Virus record (IMG/VR): IMGVR_UViG_3300020046_004224
DNA from: a virus
Taxonomy: Duplodnaviria > Caudoviricetes
Length of the DNA stretch: 64,000 nt
Strand: one strand, 5' to 3'
Part shown: one piece after another, positions 1 through 12,816 of the stretch
How the letters are laid out: every line of letters begins with the position of its first letter
How positions within the stretch are numbered: position 1 is the first letter of the stretch
Translations under genes and position numbers: made by a program
Notes under the pieces: generated by a model
Databases searched by the model: none
Told to the model about the DNA's origin: nothing
The model's input: the letters and a program-made list of their open reading frames with translations, nothing else

Positions 1-96
1 TATATCGCAGATGGATTATCACAAAGGGCTATCTCAGAAACAACAGGATTTTCGCGAACGAATGTAAGATATTGGCTACAAAAATATAATTTAAAT

Positions 97-753
97 ATGA
101 GTAACTATAAAAACTACTCAGATGAAGATATTTTGAATATCGTTCCTAACGTAACAAGTATAACTGCACTTCTTTTGCAGTTGGGACTATGTGCTGCCGG
201 TGGAAATTTTCAAACTATGCGGCGAGCGATCAATAGATTGAAACCTGATACTTCTCATTGGACTGGACATGGTTGGGCTAGCGGTGAAAAACTTAAAGAT
301 TGGAAAGACTATCATAGTATAAATTCAATCAGAAGAGTTTTATTGAATGAACGCGGCAATAAATGTGAGATGTGTGGCATAACTGAATGGTTGAACAAAC
401 CGATTAAAATCGATATGCATCACATAGACGGGAATCGTTCAAATAATGAATGTGATAATCTCCAGTTATTATGCCCTAATTGTCATTCATGCACTTTTAA
501 CTTTCGTTCACACAAAAGCGATAGAAAAGCATACACCGTTATCCCCGATACCGAGATGGATACCATAATAGATGATATATGGAAATTCTCTAAAATAGAA
601 TTGGCAAAGAGATACAACGTCTGTCCAACAACAATAAAGAATTATTGTTTAATACATAAGATAAAATATCCATCTATAGCATATTGGAATAATTGGAGAA
701 GTGGAAATTTAGAGAAATGTGAAGAAATAAAAAGAGGCATACTATCTGTTTAG
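97..753 (+). CDS. HNH endonuclease (free-standing, homing-type)
   Basis: CEMCG...DMHHIDGNRSNNECDNLQLLCPNCHS is an HNH/Zn motif. It runs opposite to its neighbours and converges on tRNA-Leu. Confidence 0.85.
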   Translation: MSNYKNYSDEDILNIVPNVTSITALLLQLGLCAAGGNFQTMRRAINRLKPDTSHWTGHGWASGEKLKDWKDYHSINSIRRVLLNERGNKCEMCGITEWLNKPIKIDMHHIDGNRSNNECDNLQLLCPNCHSCTFNFRSHKSDRKAYTVIPDTEMDTIIDDIWKFSKIELAKRYNVCPTTIKNYCLIHKIKYPSIAYWNNWRSGNLEKCEEIKRGILSV

Positions 754-767
754 TATGCCTCTTTTTA
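730..767. terminator. Bidirectional intrinsic terminator between HNH and tRNA-Leu
   Basis: aaaagaggcatacta-tctgtt-tagtatgcctctttt inverted repeat with A/T tails. Confidence 0.7.
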
Positions 768-770
768 AAT

Positions 771-863
771 TGGTAGCCGTGACTGGATTTGAACCAGCAA
801 TGTTCACCACTTGGGTACGACATTTTAAGTGTCGTGCGTTTCGACCAATTTCGCCACACGGCC
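771..863 (-). tRNA. tRNA-Leu(TAA)
   Basis: GGCCGTG/CACGGCT acceptor, D arm GCG-AAATTGGTCGAAA-CGC, anticodon CGACA-CTTAAAA-TGTCG, long variable arm, GCTGG-TTCAAAT-CCAGT, discriminator A, encoded CCA. Confidence 0.95.
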
Positions 864-3800
864 ATTTTCTACTGAAATTGTTTATTTGGAATTAATTGTC
901 GTCCCATCCACATCCCATCCGGTCATATTCCTCTCTGACGGCACCGAAACCGCGCTGAGATGGACAGAGATACTCTTCCTGTGCATCCTCATCATCGAGG
1001 ACATCTTCCCCGCGAAGGCGGGCCAATGCACGATTAAAGCCGAAACGTTCAAGAGCCTCTTCATCGGTTTCTTCCTCATCTTCCGATTTCTGATTGTTTT
1101 TCACAACAATATCAGGGCAGATGATTTCAAAAATGGTTTCGTCTTGGGATGGAGATTTCATATGATGTGGATGGATGAGTGGACAGGAAGATACACGATA
1201 ACAAACGAATGTCAACCGATAGTATAAGTTTCTCCACGATGCACGGCACTACCCTTGGCAGATTCCGCCATATTTTCCAGATGAATTGCTGGAATAGAAA
1301 CTTTTCCATTCATGTCCGCATCCGCCATAACAAAGCGAGATTCAGTTTTTCCATGAATGCTGACAGAAACAAGTGTGAGTTTTTTGTTCATGATGTGTTT
1401 GATGTGATGGGTGAGATTGCTAGTGTATCAGAAAGGGTTCATGTGTCAACACTATTTTTCGATCAATCGTGATACCAAATATCTTCCGAAACAGCTTTTT
1501 TGTTCGTGAAAAACGTATCTTCGATCTTTTCATTATCCTTGGAATTGAGCATTGTGCGGGTATGTGTCCGATTCCGCCCCTTTTCGATTTTTTTTGACTT
1601 TGGATTTCAATGCCGTATTCTGTTTATTGGCAGAAGAAAACACATTTGCAAACTTGATCATCTCTCTTGCAGACATCGGATGAAGCTCGTAATTTTCCAT
1701 ATCAGATGGATATTTATATCCCCGGCGATGAACATCATATTTGCCATTTTTTTCGGTGACAGTGAAACCAATGTGTTTGAGATGGGAAATAGCTTCGGCA
1801 GTGTTCATATGGGATCATATCATATAAGCCGAGGTGATGCAAGTACATAAAACAGGAAACCCGAATCAGCTAAGGCACTCAGGCACAAAAATCTGATTCG
1901 GGTTCCTTTCTCCATCCCACCTTTTCCACACAACCAACCACCAACAATAGAAGTTACATGCTATCAGGGTTTATGCAAGTGCTCTTTTTGATGTTTTATT
2001 CAGAGTTATTAACTCGAAATGTAGTTTTTTTGATTTCTTCCCATACGGCTGAAATCTTTTCGACAAGACCACGGCACGACAATTCCCATTCAGGATTCAT
2101 CTCACGAATTCGATATGAATAATCAACCAGACACATGTAATCACATGAAAAACTTGCAATAACAATAGTTTGATATTCAACGTCGATGCCCCATGTTCCA
2201 TCATGGAACAATTTCATATAGACTGATCCTTCACCAGAAGGAATGTAATCATCAAGTTGTTTAATCTCTTTAAGAGTAAGTTGAGGAGGAATCGAAGATT
2301 TCATTTCTGTTCTTTTTCGAGTTCGATCTTTGGCTGATAAACGAGACTCCAATCTTTTGATTCACTCATATTCAAATAGGTTTTAGTATTTTCGGGTGTA
2401 AATGGGAATTTATCGCCCGCTTTGTTCATATAGAACTTTTCCCAAACGCCTTGTTTGATCAAATCAGAGATATTCATTTTATGTTCTTTGTAATAGGAGA
2501 TTTTTCGCGTTCAGTTTTTGTGATACCGAGAACTCGGGTTAAAGTACCATCGTTAGATGCATTTATGATTAATGATGCAATGACAAGTGCCCATTGGTCC
2601 GCAGTACCGTGCTCTTCACAAATATTCCATTCTCTGATTTCGGCAACGACCGAATGAATCCCATCATCGCCCGATTTTGCACAAATCTGAAAAACTTTGT
2701 GATTGTTGGCATCTCGTGCAAGATTTAGTGTGAAATTAGTTGGATAGTTCATAGATGCATTGATACGACTTCATTAACCATTGTCAACGGCAATTTTCTC
2801 TAAAACCGTCCATCCACGTTTGTATTTTCCGTTCAAATACGGATAAACTCTTTTCGTAGATGATGTATATGCTTCTGTCTGTGCATCTTTTTTCCGATTG
2901 AATGTTCCACAGAAACGGAAATCTCCATTTAGAGTTTTGACAACTTCATCAATCGTTTCGACAAATCCAAATATAACTCTTTGGAATGCATTATCAGGAC
3001 GATTGATAATCTCCCAATTTGTCGGATGAATGTATTTTGGTTTTTTCATAGATTGTCAAGCTCTTCTTCGGAGCTAGTATTCACCGAGATTTTTTCATAT
3101 ATTCTAATTACCATAAAATGTATTTGAATTTATGCAACCAGTGCCTAAAAACTCAATTATCATTTATGAGAATCCATTACCCGATCACCTTCCATCCATT
3201 TTCGACATAATATTCCAATTCGTCATCCGTAACAGCGGCATGATTTATTGCAAACTTATTTTTAATCTTCTTGATTCGCACGATTGGAATGTGCCTAACT
3301 TTATGAAGATCAGTCAAGTATTCTGCATACTTCTTTGTAGATTTCTTAGATGAAGGATATTTTGGCATATGGCTTAGTGACCTTTGATAAACTCCACCAT
3401 ACTGCCGTCAAAGATAGACAAGAGTGTATAGATAACACAAAATGCCAATGCAAATATCTTTAAAAGTCGAATCGTCATTTATTTTCGGCATTTAAGTTTC
3501 TTCTGTTTCAGAAGTTTGAAGGTGTAGTTTACCTTATGAAATGCTCCAGGAACTACGAACGCTTCTGTATGACAGTTATGAACGCGACCTTTACCAGGAT
3601 CACACTCACTTAGATAAGTGTAATTACCATGAACAGTATCAGGTTCATTATCTGACACAATCACATGATAACGAGCCTTGGTGCCCCTGTTTTCTGTAAC
3701 CTGATAAACCTTTCCGATTTCGATATTATTTGACATGATGTGTGATTGCCCCCATGCGAATGATTTCGATACCCGTTTCCTGTGCCCTGCTCTTCACATC

Positions 3801-4496
3801 AGCGAACGATGCACAGATTTCACCATTGAGAACAAACGTTCCCCTACCAGAAGGTTTGACACGGCCAACCGTGCGAGGACGCAGGAAATCTTTCATTTCA
3901 GGATTACGCTTATCTGGCGGGCGAAAGGACCAGTTGAGCTTCTTTTTCAGACGTGGTGTAACAGTGTTGGAACCAAAGATGGATTTCATGATGATGGATG
4001 TTTAGTTGATTGTTTCGGAGATGACTACCTTAACAGTTTATGCACTATTGTCAATCTTCTTTTACGGTATGAGGCGAGAAATCGAATGGCACCGTTTGAG
4101 AAAATGTGAATTCAACTTCATCACCTTCCGAATCTTTCAGATAAAGAGTATTGTCCTCAAAAACGATATTCTCGTTATTTCCTTGTAGAACCGTAGTCAC
4201 TGCATCCTCGCCATCAACATCCTGAATGAAATCGATTACATCATTATCATAACCGATAACGTAATCAGCATTTCCATAATCTCCCCGAACAATAGGATTT
4301 TGTGATTCGAGGATTTCAACGAAGGTTTGCCATGTAATTTTATTTGTTTTCATCGGAAGAATAGATATTTGAGTGCTGCGAGTTTGACTGCTAGACTTAG
4401 CAAGACGGCAATTATAACCAATCCTGCAACGAATGCAACTGCTAATCGTGAACGCCAGTCGATTTTATTTTTCATTTCATTATTCTTTCCAGCATT

Positions 4497-4763
4497 TTAG
4501 CGCATAAGCACTTGCTGCTTGAAGTACCGTTGGCAGCGGTCAATGAACTTCGGGAGATGCTTCTTGACAATGGTCGGAGTCGATTTCAGAACGTCCCCTG
4601 TGATGTATTTATGGGCAGTCGTTTTAGCGAGTGCAATACCTTCGGATTTGTCGAAAACATCAGCGGATTTAGTGTTCAATGCACTCCAACCAATGCGAAC
4701 GAATTCTTCATCATCGCGGAATGCAACGAGCACACCGACTTTATGATTTCGTTTCATCTGCAC
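4497..4763 (-). CDS. Hypothetical phage protein
   Basis: ORF in a minus-strand gene train with an IGWS...D.FDK..G..LA pattern. Confidence 0.5.
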   Translation of the reverse strand: MQMKRNHKVGVLVAFRDDEEFVRIGWSALNTKSADVFDKSEGIALAKTTAHKYITGDVLKSTPTIVKKHLPKFIDRCQRYFKQQVLMR

Positions 4764-5253
4764 TTTTTTACGAGGAGAGATTTCTGTTTTTGATTGTCTG
4801 ATAATCTCTGAGTAAGCATATTATTTGAGGGGTTTGTTAGTTGTTTTTGTTTGAATTTATTACATCTTAAATGGATCGGACGAATCACCATTCTCATCCT
4901 GAATATCATCAGGAAAGGTTTCATGATGCACGGATTCAGCAGATAGTCCGCGCTCAGTGAGGTAAACTGCGGCTTGTTCCTCGCGTGAGAGTGATTTATC
5001 CCGCATATTCATTCGAGTACGCTGGCTTGCGGCCAACCATGCCCGTTCGTTCGGTCCCATTGCATCCGTGTTCGTCTTTGCTGTGGATGGCGCGGGATTG
5101 ATCCGTGCGGATGTGATAGTAATTCCCCGCTTTTCCAACTCAGGGAGAAGCATGTCTAGTGACAAAAGTTGTGCTTCGATTGGCTTTGTAAGTTGGAAAT
5201 TGATGTGAAGAGAGGCGTGTTTCATCTTTTATAGAATGTTTGGAGTTGAGTTA

Positions 5254-6243
5254 TTAGATGGCAAACCGGAGTTCTCGGCAATGAGCAATATATCGTTTTC
5301 CTTTCGGTGTCAACTGATAAACACCATTCGATTGCATATCAATAACTTTATAGGATTGCATATATGCTGCTGATTGTGGGAAGATGCCGACCAAATTAGG
5401 AATGCGGGAAAGAATCTGATTTCGATTCTTCGGAGAATCAGCCAACAATGTCAGCATTTGAGTTTCGGGGAGATTGAAACCACCAGGAAACATTTCATTC
5501 TGCTTTAGTGATTCCATCACCATCTCATTAGTGATAACTGTAGTGCTCAAAAGCTGAGACATCGGGAGCAGGCTATCCCTTACAAGATTGACAATAGGAC
5601 GGGCAGTACCGCGCCCACAAGATGCCATACGATCCAGAACATCATCATTATCAACAACCAATCCGTTTTTTTCAAGCAGACTTGAGGTAATAAGACGAAT
5701 TTCATCTTTGTTATAGTGCGAAAGATTGATAGTCATGCACCGGTTTTTAATGGCATCATCCACCTTTGCCGGATGATTTGTCGAAAGAATGATAACCTTA
5801 TTCTTTCGGTCTGGAATGAAAAATTGATCCGCAATCTGAATAGAACGCCCTTCATTTTGACGGTCCAGTGCTTTACGCAAAAGCAATATCAATTTTGCAT
5901 GGGCAACTTTTCCCGGCTCCATTTCATGAACTTCGTCCAGATACAAAACCCATTGCGGCTCATCCATGAGTCTTTGAAAAATTGGATCAAATTCTGTCAG
6001 ATTTCGGATGTCTTTCGGAGAACCAATTTCTGTCAGCATTACGCCCATTTTCTGTGCAATGGCTGATCCGTATGCCCTTGCTAATTCGGTTTTTCCTAGA
6101 CCAGGAGCACCGAGGAACAATGGTTGAGGGAGTTCGGCATTACAATCAAGAGATGCAATGCCCATAGAAAGGGCAGACTTTGCAGTATTTTGACCAACAA
6201 TGTTATCAAATACAGGATGATATTGAGGGGATGTGTTTGGCAT
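5254..6243 (-). CDS. RuvB-like AAA+ ATPase
   Basis: FDNIVGQ, Walker A GAPGLGKT, Walker B LYLDEVHE, GRGTAR (compare RuvB SRGTPR), C-terminal winged-helix-like LTPKG. Confidence 0.7.
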   Translation of the reverse strand: MPNTSPQYHPVFDNIVGQNTAKSALSMGIASLDCNAELPQPLFLGAPGLGKTELARAYGSAIAQKMGVMLTEIGSPKDIRNLTEFDPIFQRLMDEPQWVLYLDEVHEMEPGKVAHAKLILLLRKALDRQNEGRSIQIADQFFIPDRKNKVIILSTNHPAKVDDAIKNRCMTINLSHYNKDEIRLITSSLLEKNGLVVDNDDVLDRMASCGRGTARPIVNLVRDSLLPMSQLLSTTVITNEMVMESLKQNEMFPGGFNLPETQMLTLLADSPKNRNQILSRIPNLVGIFPQSAAYMQSYKVIDMQSNGVYQLTPKGKRYIAHCRELRFAI

Positions 6244-9200
6244 GAGGATTCTATGTTACAGTATTATAATCTATTGTCAATGTGTTTCGTTACTCTTTTA
6301 CCAGATTCGATTTGATCCAAGAATTAGAAACAGAATTGTTCTGGCAGCAAATACACCAACCCAAAAGTAACCATCCGAAAAGTTTCAAAAGGTTAGACAC
6401 ATCAACAAACAGAGAAGTGCAATGATCATCGAAAACATCCGTGCAGTCAGGCATCATAATGGTTATATTTGTATTTGTATTTTTACTGTTTATGCATCAT
6501 GGTCAGTCTTTTCGGAAAGATCAACGCCTGTGATGTAAACTTCATCTATCAATTCTTCATCTTCTGAAATAGATATTTCCAAATCATCTTCTGCTTCTTG
6601 GTGAATAACCATTCCGATTTCTTTCAATTCGCCAGGATGAACACGATAAACTCTGCCATTATATGTCTCGCCATGACCGATAGAGGTCATAATGTTTCCT
6701 TTTTCAATTTCTTCGATAAGACTTTCAGTAGTCATGTCAATTCCATCATGCAACTTGATGGTTTGTGTAACAGTTCTTTGAACATGGAGTGTGATGTTGT
6801 GGAGATTTTTCATGGGACAGGAATATGGAGCAGTTAACGGGGATGTCAAGACCGTTTTATTAATTATCGACTTTGTTTCGATTCATATAGCCGATTATCA
6901 GCCCAAGAACCGCAACAAGAAACAGATAGAATAATGTGCAAGAAATCATAATCGTTTTATTTATTTTGAATTGAGTACCTTTTTCTTATATTCTTTATAA
7001 AAATGAAGATTCATTCCTAGTAAAAGAAGATTGATAGTTGTCATAACTGCTCCGAAAACAAAGTCATAATTAAACAATGCGATAATCCAAATAATTTCAA
7101 CCGGAACCACAAGGTACAAAGGAATAAGTCTGTTCCTACTCATTAGCGACTTTTGCTGATCTAGTTGATTAGCCTGTTTTTGCCATCGGATAATATTATC
7201 AGCGAACAATGCACACCCACCAAAAAGAGCAAAGAAGAAAATCTTGAATACAAATTCGATACACAAATATACATTTGCAATTGCATACCAACCTTGATCA
7301 GTGGCAACTGATAGATAGTAGAGTGCGGCTAGAATGAGATTGACGACAATCCAAATGAAAAATTGTTTAGAGAGTTTCATATTTTATTTTTGTGATTAGA
7401 GCCAACCGTAGTAACTGATTTTTTCAAGAATTTCTTGTGGAGTTGTGCAATCAATATGAATATTTCCAAGTTCGATTTCTTTCGGAAATTTAAATTCCGC
7501 AACGATTTTATTTGTACGACTCCATGCTGTATCTCCCCTGTAATTTACCGCGATAGTATCTTTGTGTTTCCATTTGAAAAATTGCATCATCAAACAAGGA
7601 TCAACATTTTCCGAATTCATGGTGAATTCATAATTAAACTTTTTTTCTGGATGTTTCACCAAAAATTCAATCAGATCGTGAATATCGTATGTTGGAACAG
7701 GTTTCATATAGTTAGATTCTTTTTTGACACTCGACACAAACACCTTGACCGTTGCGGGTAAAGTTTAACTTTCCTGTACAGATACATTCACCAAACACAT
7801 GCTTCAAAAGAAGTCGATATGAGTGACGAAAAAAATGTTTGATTCTTTGGAGAGTTTTCATGGAACACGACAATATTAACTATTTTTGCGGTTTGTCAAC
7901 ACGTCTTTTACGTTCTCTGAATGCAAGAGGATCAGCTTTCAAAATTTCTGCATCAATCATTCTGCCAACTTTTGCAGATATGAAAAATTCTTCTTCACCA
8001 TCACCAAAAACATTCGTTTCAACAGTATGTTCGACATTCGGGATGACTCCTTTGATGCCGTTACGAGTTTCAAAATGATAATCTTTAAAGATTGTTTTCA
8101 TAAAATCTTTCCGATATGAATAGAACCGCACACATCACAAACATATGCATTGAATTCTTTATCAGGGTATTTCATTCTAAGCCGAAAAAGTGGCGCTGTA
8201 AAGGTCTTCTCTGTATATTTCACCTTTTCGATTCCTGTATCTTCTCGAATATGTGAAAATTCTTTTCGAGAACATTCAGAAAGTTTTGTACATTCATTGA
8301 AAATTTTAAGAATGCTGCGCGCCTCTTCCTCAGAAATAACATGAATGCTAGCGATGGGTACTTGATACGCTATCAGTTCGCGTGTGAAAAATGCATGTCT
8401 GTTATGTTTATATAAAGATATTAATGACGGTTTCTTACCTCTATATCTAATAGTAGATACACGAACAACAGGATACAATTTATCACTATAACCGATAAAT
8501 GGCATGAAACTGGATTTCCTAACCCATTTTCCTTCAAATTTATTTTGTAATTCTTGGATAGTCGAAGACATATATCAGATTTCTATGCTTTTGTAAACGC
8601 AACTGTGATACTCTGTGATGAATACCTTTGAATGAATTCTTCAAGTGTAAAAACTGTCCAGGCGATATTGTCCCATGATTCTCTGAAATCAATAACTAAA
8701 TCACCAATATTATATTTCGTGGATGGCGAGTCTGGATACTCCCAAGAAGGAATGTATGTTTTAAGTTTATCTTCTACTGTATGCAATCGTAAATTTAATT
8801 CCTCCATCTCCGCATTCCAAATATGATTTCGATCTTTCTTCGGAACATTATTAAAACGTGTGTTTCTTCTTTTTTGAATGGTGTGGCGTTCTTCTACTAA
8901 AGTCTTATATTCAGACGTTTGAAATATTCTCATAGATTCTGTATGATAAAGCTGTGCCAATCTATCATATTCAATCTTTTTGATATTATAGTTTGCTTTC
9001 TTTTCAAGAATCCACAGTTTCAGTTCGTCTTTGGTTAGATCGCAATTGAAAATTTTAATATCGTCCGAACTATAACATCCTTCGATGGAGTATTCGTTAA
9101 CGATAACAAGTGTGTGCATATATCACTATGCATCTGCCTTGGGATTTATCAAGTACTTTTGAAGAAATTTATTCGTTTCCCGAATGGGAAATTTTGATTC

Positions 9201-10948
9201 TGTGTATGCATCCAAAATTCGATCACGTTCTTGATGAATTCCTTTTTGAATATAAAAATCTTTTGAAAGAATGATATAGAATATTGCTGCAAAAAGCACA
9301 ATGACAAAGATGACAATAGGAATAATCATATTTTTTCAGGATATGCACCATCAGGTTCGGGTATATGTGTTTTGATAAATTCGATTCCTAGTTTTTTGAA
9401 AAGTTCTTGTAAAGGAAATGTTATATCGTCACCGTCTTGCCATGCATAAATCAGTTTACGATTTTCGTCATAAAAACCATTTGATTCGGATTCACCATTT
9501 GTTGCAAAATATATTTTACTCATATTACGGATATTTTACATATTCATCAAGCTTTTCGCCTATCTTGATACAAATTTGTTCAATTTTGGTGAGAATCTGA
9601 AAGTCATCTACCTGTGCTACCATAAATAAAATCCATGCGAAATATGATAGCCAACAATATTTCGCAGGGGTTGTATCATAACATTTTTTTCGGCTAATGT
9701 AGTTATCAAATTTAATCAAGTGGAGTGCGACAAAAACTCCAAATAGATAAAGTAATATAATGTAAATTAGAAAGGGTATCATAATATTTTAAGGGATGGT
9801 AATTACTTCATCTTTAATAATTGTTTCGCGCAGCACTGTTTGATAGGTAGCGCCAGGATTATTAAATTGAAAACGTTTGATAAGTTTTTTAAAGTCGTCG
9901 TACTGAGTTTTAGAATCTTCGAAAGATTCTGTATAACAATTTCTCCACGACTTAGGCGTTTTAAATTGAATGATTATTTCTTTTTTAGGCATATAAGATA
10001 GTTGTAAAACTTAGAATCGAGCTTTTACGCTTTCTTCAAGGAGATGTGCGGCATTTTTTGCAATATCATCATATGGATCATTTCCTTTGACATTGCTGCG
10101 AATTTTGTTTGCAAGTCGAACACGTTCACCCGCATCCATAACTCTTTCATCTGTAATAGTCCAGTCATTAAACAGAAACATATGAGTGTGGAGCATTGTG
10201 GGACATTCGGTATTTTTAATACATTGAATCAATCCTTTTTTACCAGAACCGATAACAATCCATTTACCACTATGGTAATCGGGCTTGCCATTACTTTCGA
10301 GACGACTGAAAAATGCAGTGAATCCGAGAGGGATTCTCGAAAAGCGACCCTTAGAGTCTCTAAATGGTTTATATTTTTTAGTATTCATCTTTTTTTAGAA
10401 ATTCATCAATTAGATCATCTTCGAGTTTCTTTTGTTTCATATTCTTGAACATTGCTCGCTCTTCCCAAAAGTATGATGATAGTTTTTCTGCATAAGTCCG
10501 TCCTTTTTCAGTAATAGGCGCAACATTATGTAACCATATAGCTGTATAATCAGAAACTTGAACAGAACAAGTTGGATGAATCCATACAAATGCATTCTTC
10601 ATGCTTTGCGTCCATTCATGCGGAGGATATTTATTCAGAACTCTTAGTAATTTAGTATATATCGCCTTATCAATTTTTTCATCTTTGGTAAGAGTAGTGT
10701 CATCCGGTTCACAACGCGGCTCGGATAATTTGTATTTATAATCTACCGTTTCTACTGTTTTGACGGGTTGAGCTTTTTTGAAGAAATCTGTTAGAAGTTT
10801 GAACATAATTAGAATTAATTGAAATCTACCCGAACAGCATCGTCTTTTCGACTTTTTTTCAACACCGTGCCACCTCTTTCTGATCGGGTAGATTTCAATC
10901 AACTCTCTATGTTACACTCTATCATATCATAGTCAAGGAGTTATTTCA

Positions 10949-11455
10949 TCAAAAGACCCTATCCTCAATTCCATAAAGATCAACATCGTCTATGACGGTA
11001 TAACGTCTATACGAACGATACAAAATACCATACAAAAATTCTACATTAGGTTTAACATATTCATTTCGCGACAAGTCATATCCATAATTGTCAGGAAGTT
11101 TATTAACAGTAGAAATAATACGTTTGATTGTATCTCCCGAACAAATAAAATCATCAACGATAATCAATCTATTGACCACTCCTCTGCCCACAGATAGCCC
11201 TTCCACGGTCTTATTTGCATGGGATGACTCTCCAGCTTTCCGAACGATTACAACGTCTAAATCAAGCTCATATGCAAGCACCGTGGCAAATGTGTTTCCG
11301 CTAATACCTGTGCTGATCAATCCAGTTGGGACAACACCAGTCTCTTTAGTCTTTTCTTGAATGAATTTCTTTGCATCTTGAATCATCTTTTTGAATTTTT
11401 GTTTGTCAAAAAGTTCCTCAGTATATGCAGATGCAACAATGTGTTTTTTGTTCAT
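10949..11455 (-). CDS. Type I phosphoribosyltransferase
   Basis: PRPP-binding loop IIVDDFICSGDT and VIVRK. Start moved to MNKKH, downstream of the terminator. Confidence 0.8.
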   Translation of the reverse strand: MNKKHIVASAYTEELFDKQKFKKMIQDAKKFIQEKTKETGVVPTGLISTGISGNTFATVLAYELDLDVVIVRKAGESSHANKTVEGLSVGRGVVNRLIIVDDFICSGDTIKRIISTVNKLPDNYGYDLSRNEYVKPNVEFLYGILYRSYRRYTVIDDVDLYGIEDRVF

Positions 11456-11513
11456 AAAGAATAGTTTTGGGTGAGGCATTATATATACATTATGAACAAC
11501 CGTTGTCAACACG

Positions 11514-11552
11514 AAAAAAGGCGAGATGTCTGACATCTCGCCTTTTCTTTTT
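11514..11552 (-). terminator. Intrinsic terminator after pspA-like gene
   Basis: aaaaggcgagatgtc/gacatctcgcctttt inverted repeat. Confidence 0.7.
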
Positions 11553-11569
11553 TATATTATTGTTCGGGG

Positions 11570-12286
11570 TTACTTGAGATACTTCGCAATATCCGCATCA
11601 CTCACGGCAGATTTGACAACATATTTCGTTTCAAGACTTGTCGATTCATTAACAAGTTCCTCCGAAACTTCCGCCAATGCTTTCGCTTGTTCCACATCAT
11701 CACGAAGTCGATCAATCGCAGACAATGCACTTCCTGTGTTATTCTTCAATACTGAGTTTACACTCGTTTGAAATTTCTTAATTTCCAATTCACTTTGGAG
11801 GAATGATTTATCCTGTTCCGCCTTTTCAAGCAGTGCATCGAATTCTTTAATTCGGATTTCTAGTTCATCTTCCTGCTTAGTAAGCCGTGCCGCATCCTTT
11901 ACATAATTTTCTGCACGTTCCACTGCTTTTTGCTTTTTCTCAAGTGCAAGCCGGACATCTTCCACATTCCCAGCACCACCCGCCAATTTTGCAAGTTCGT
12001 CGTATTTCTTAATATCAGAATTTGCTCGGGTTTCCTGTCCTTTTGCGGTTCGCACCTGAACAAGCAGTTTCTTTCGCAATTCGATCATTTCTTCTTTTTT
12101 ATTTTTAATATCCTGCAATGCAGCATGGGCATCTGCAACAGGATCGCGGAGATTTTCCGCTGCAAGATCGGTCTTTTGACGAAGACGATTAAAGATTGAT
12201 TTGACGATTCGGAAACCAGTGAAAAAGTCCAAAAGGACGATTAGTGCAAAGATTCCGATAATGAGTTCAGTGAGTAGTGTAATCAT
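11570..12286 (-). CDS. PspA/IM30-family coiled-coil protein with an N-terminal TM helix
   Basis: AENLRDP...; long coiled coil; AGNVEDVRLALEKK resembles the PspA 'G.EDLAR.AL..K' motif. Confidence 0.65.
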   Translation of the reverse strand: MITLLTELIIGIFALIVLLDFFTGFRIVKSIFNRLRQKTDLAAENLRDPVADAHAALQDIKNKKEEMIELRKKLLVQVRTAKGQETRANSDIKKYDELAKLAGGAGNVEDVRLALEKKQKAVERAENYVKDAARLTKQEDELEIRIKEFDALLEKAEQDKSFLQSELEIKKFQTSVNSVLKNNTGSALSAIDRLRDDVEQAKALAEVSEELVNESTSLETKYVVKSAVSDADIAKYLK

Positions 12287-12333
12287 AGTTTATTTTATTT
12301 AGGGCTTTAAGTTAAGGTATGCAAGGTGGTTTG

Positions 12334-12573
12334 TCAAGGGGCAACATTCGGTTTTTCGAGGAATTCTTCTCGTAATTCCATTTCAACATAGTGGTTATTA
12401 TTGTCAAAATAAAATACAGTATAGTATGGACCGAAAATATGTTTGATGGTAACAAGCTGTTCTGAATTTTTAATTTTCACCTGTTCACCACTCGAATAAA
12501 TCGGCGGTGGTCCACATCCAACAAGTAGAAGAGCACAAATCAGGGCAATGCCGATAAAAGAAATATAATTCAT
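12334..12573 (-). CDS. Small lipoprotein, SH3/KOW-like
   Basis: Lipobox LVGC; SGEQVKIK; tandem paralog of 12577-12816. Confidence 0.5.
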   Translation of the reverse strand: MNYISFIGIALICALLLVGCGPPPIYSSGEQVKIKNSEQLVTIKHIFGPYYTVFYFDNNNHYVEMELREEFLEKPNVAP

Positions 12574-12576
12574 AAA

Positions 12577-12816
12577 TTATTGGATTGGGTTATGTTGTGT
12601 TAAAAAACGTTGGCTGAGTATAATCTCATGAATCTGTCCAAAGTCATCTTCATAATAACAACTATAATATTCGAGGGAACTACGATATTGAATAGTGGCT
12701 ACAATTTCGGTATCCTGAATTTTAACTCGATCACCAGATTTAAATTTTCCCTCTGTTATAAAATAACACGAAGAAAGTGCGGCACATAAAACAATGCTCA
12801 ATAAGACTTTTTTCAT
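12577..12816 (-). CDS. Small lipoprotein, SH3/KOW-like
   Basis: Lipobox LSSC; SGDRVKIQ. Confidence 0.5.
   Translation of the reverse strand: MKKVLLSIVLCAALSSCYFITEGKFKSGDRVKIQDTEIVATIQYRSSLEYYSCYYEDDFGQIHEIILSQRFLTQHNPIQ

Noticed and set aside
674-865. 63-aa ORF over tRNA-Leu, ORFs 44065-44286 and 45211-45411 antisense to the array, and many other antisense ORFs in the track
   Set aside because: These are shadow frames overlapping RNA genes or better-supported CDSs.
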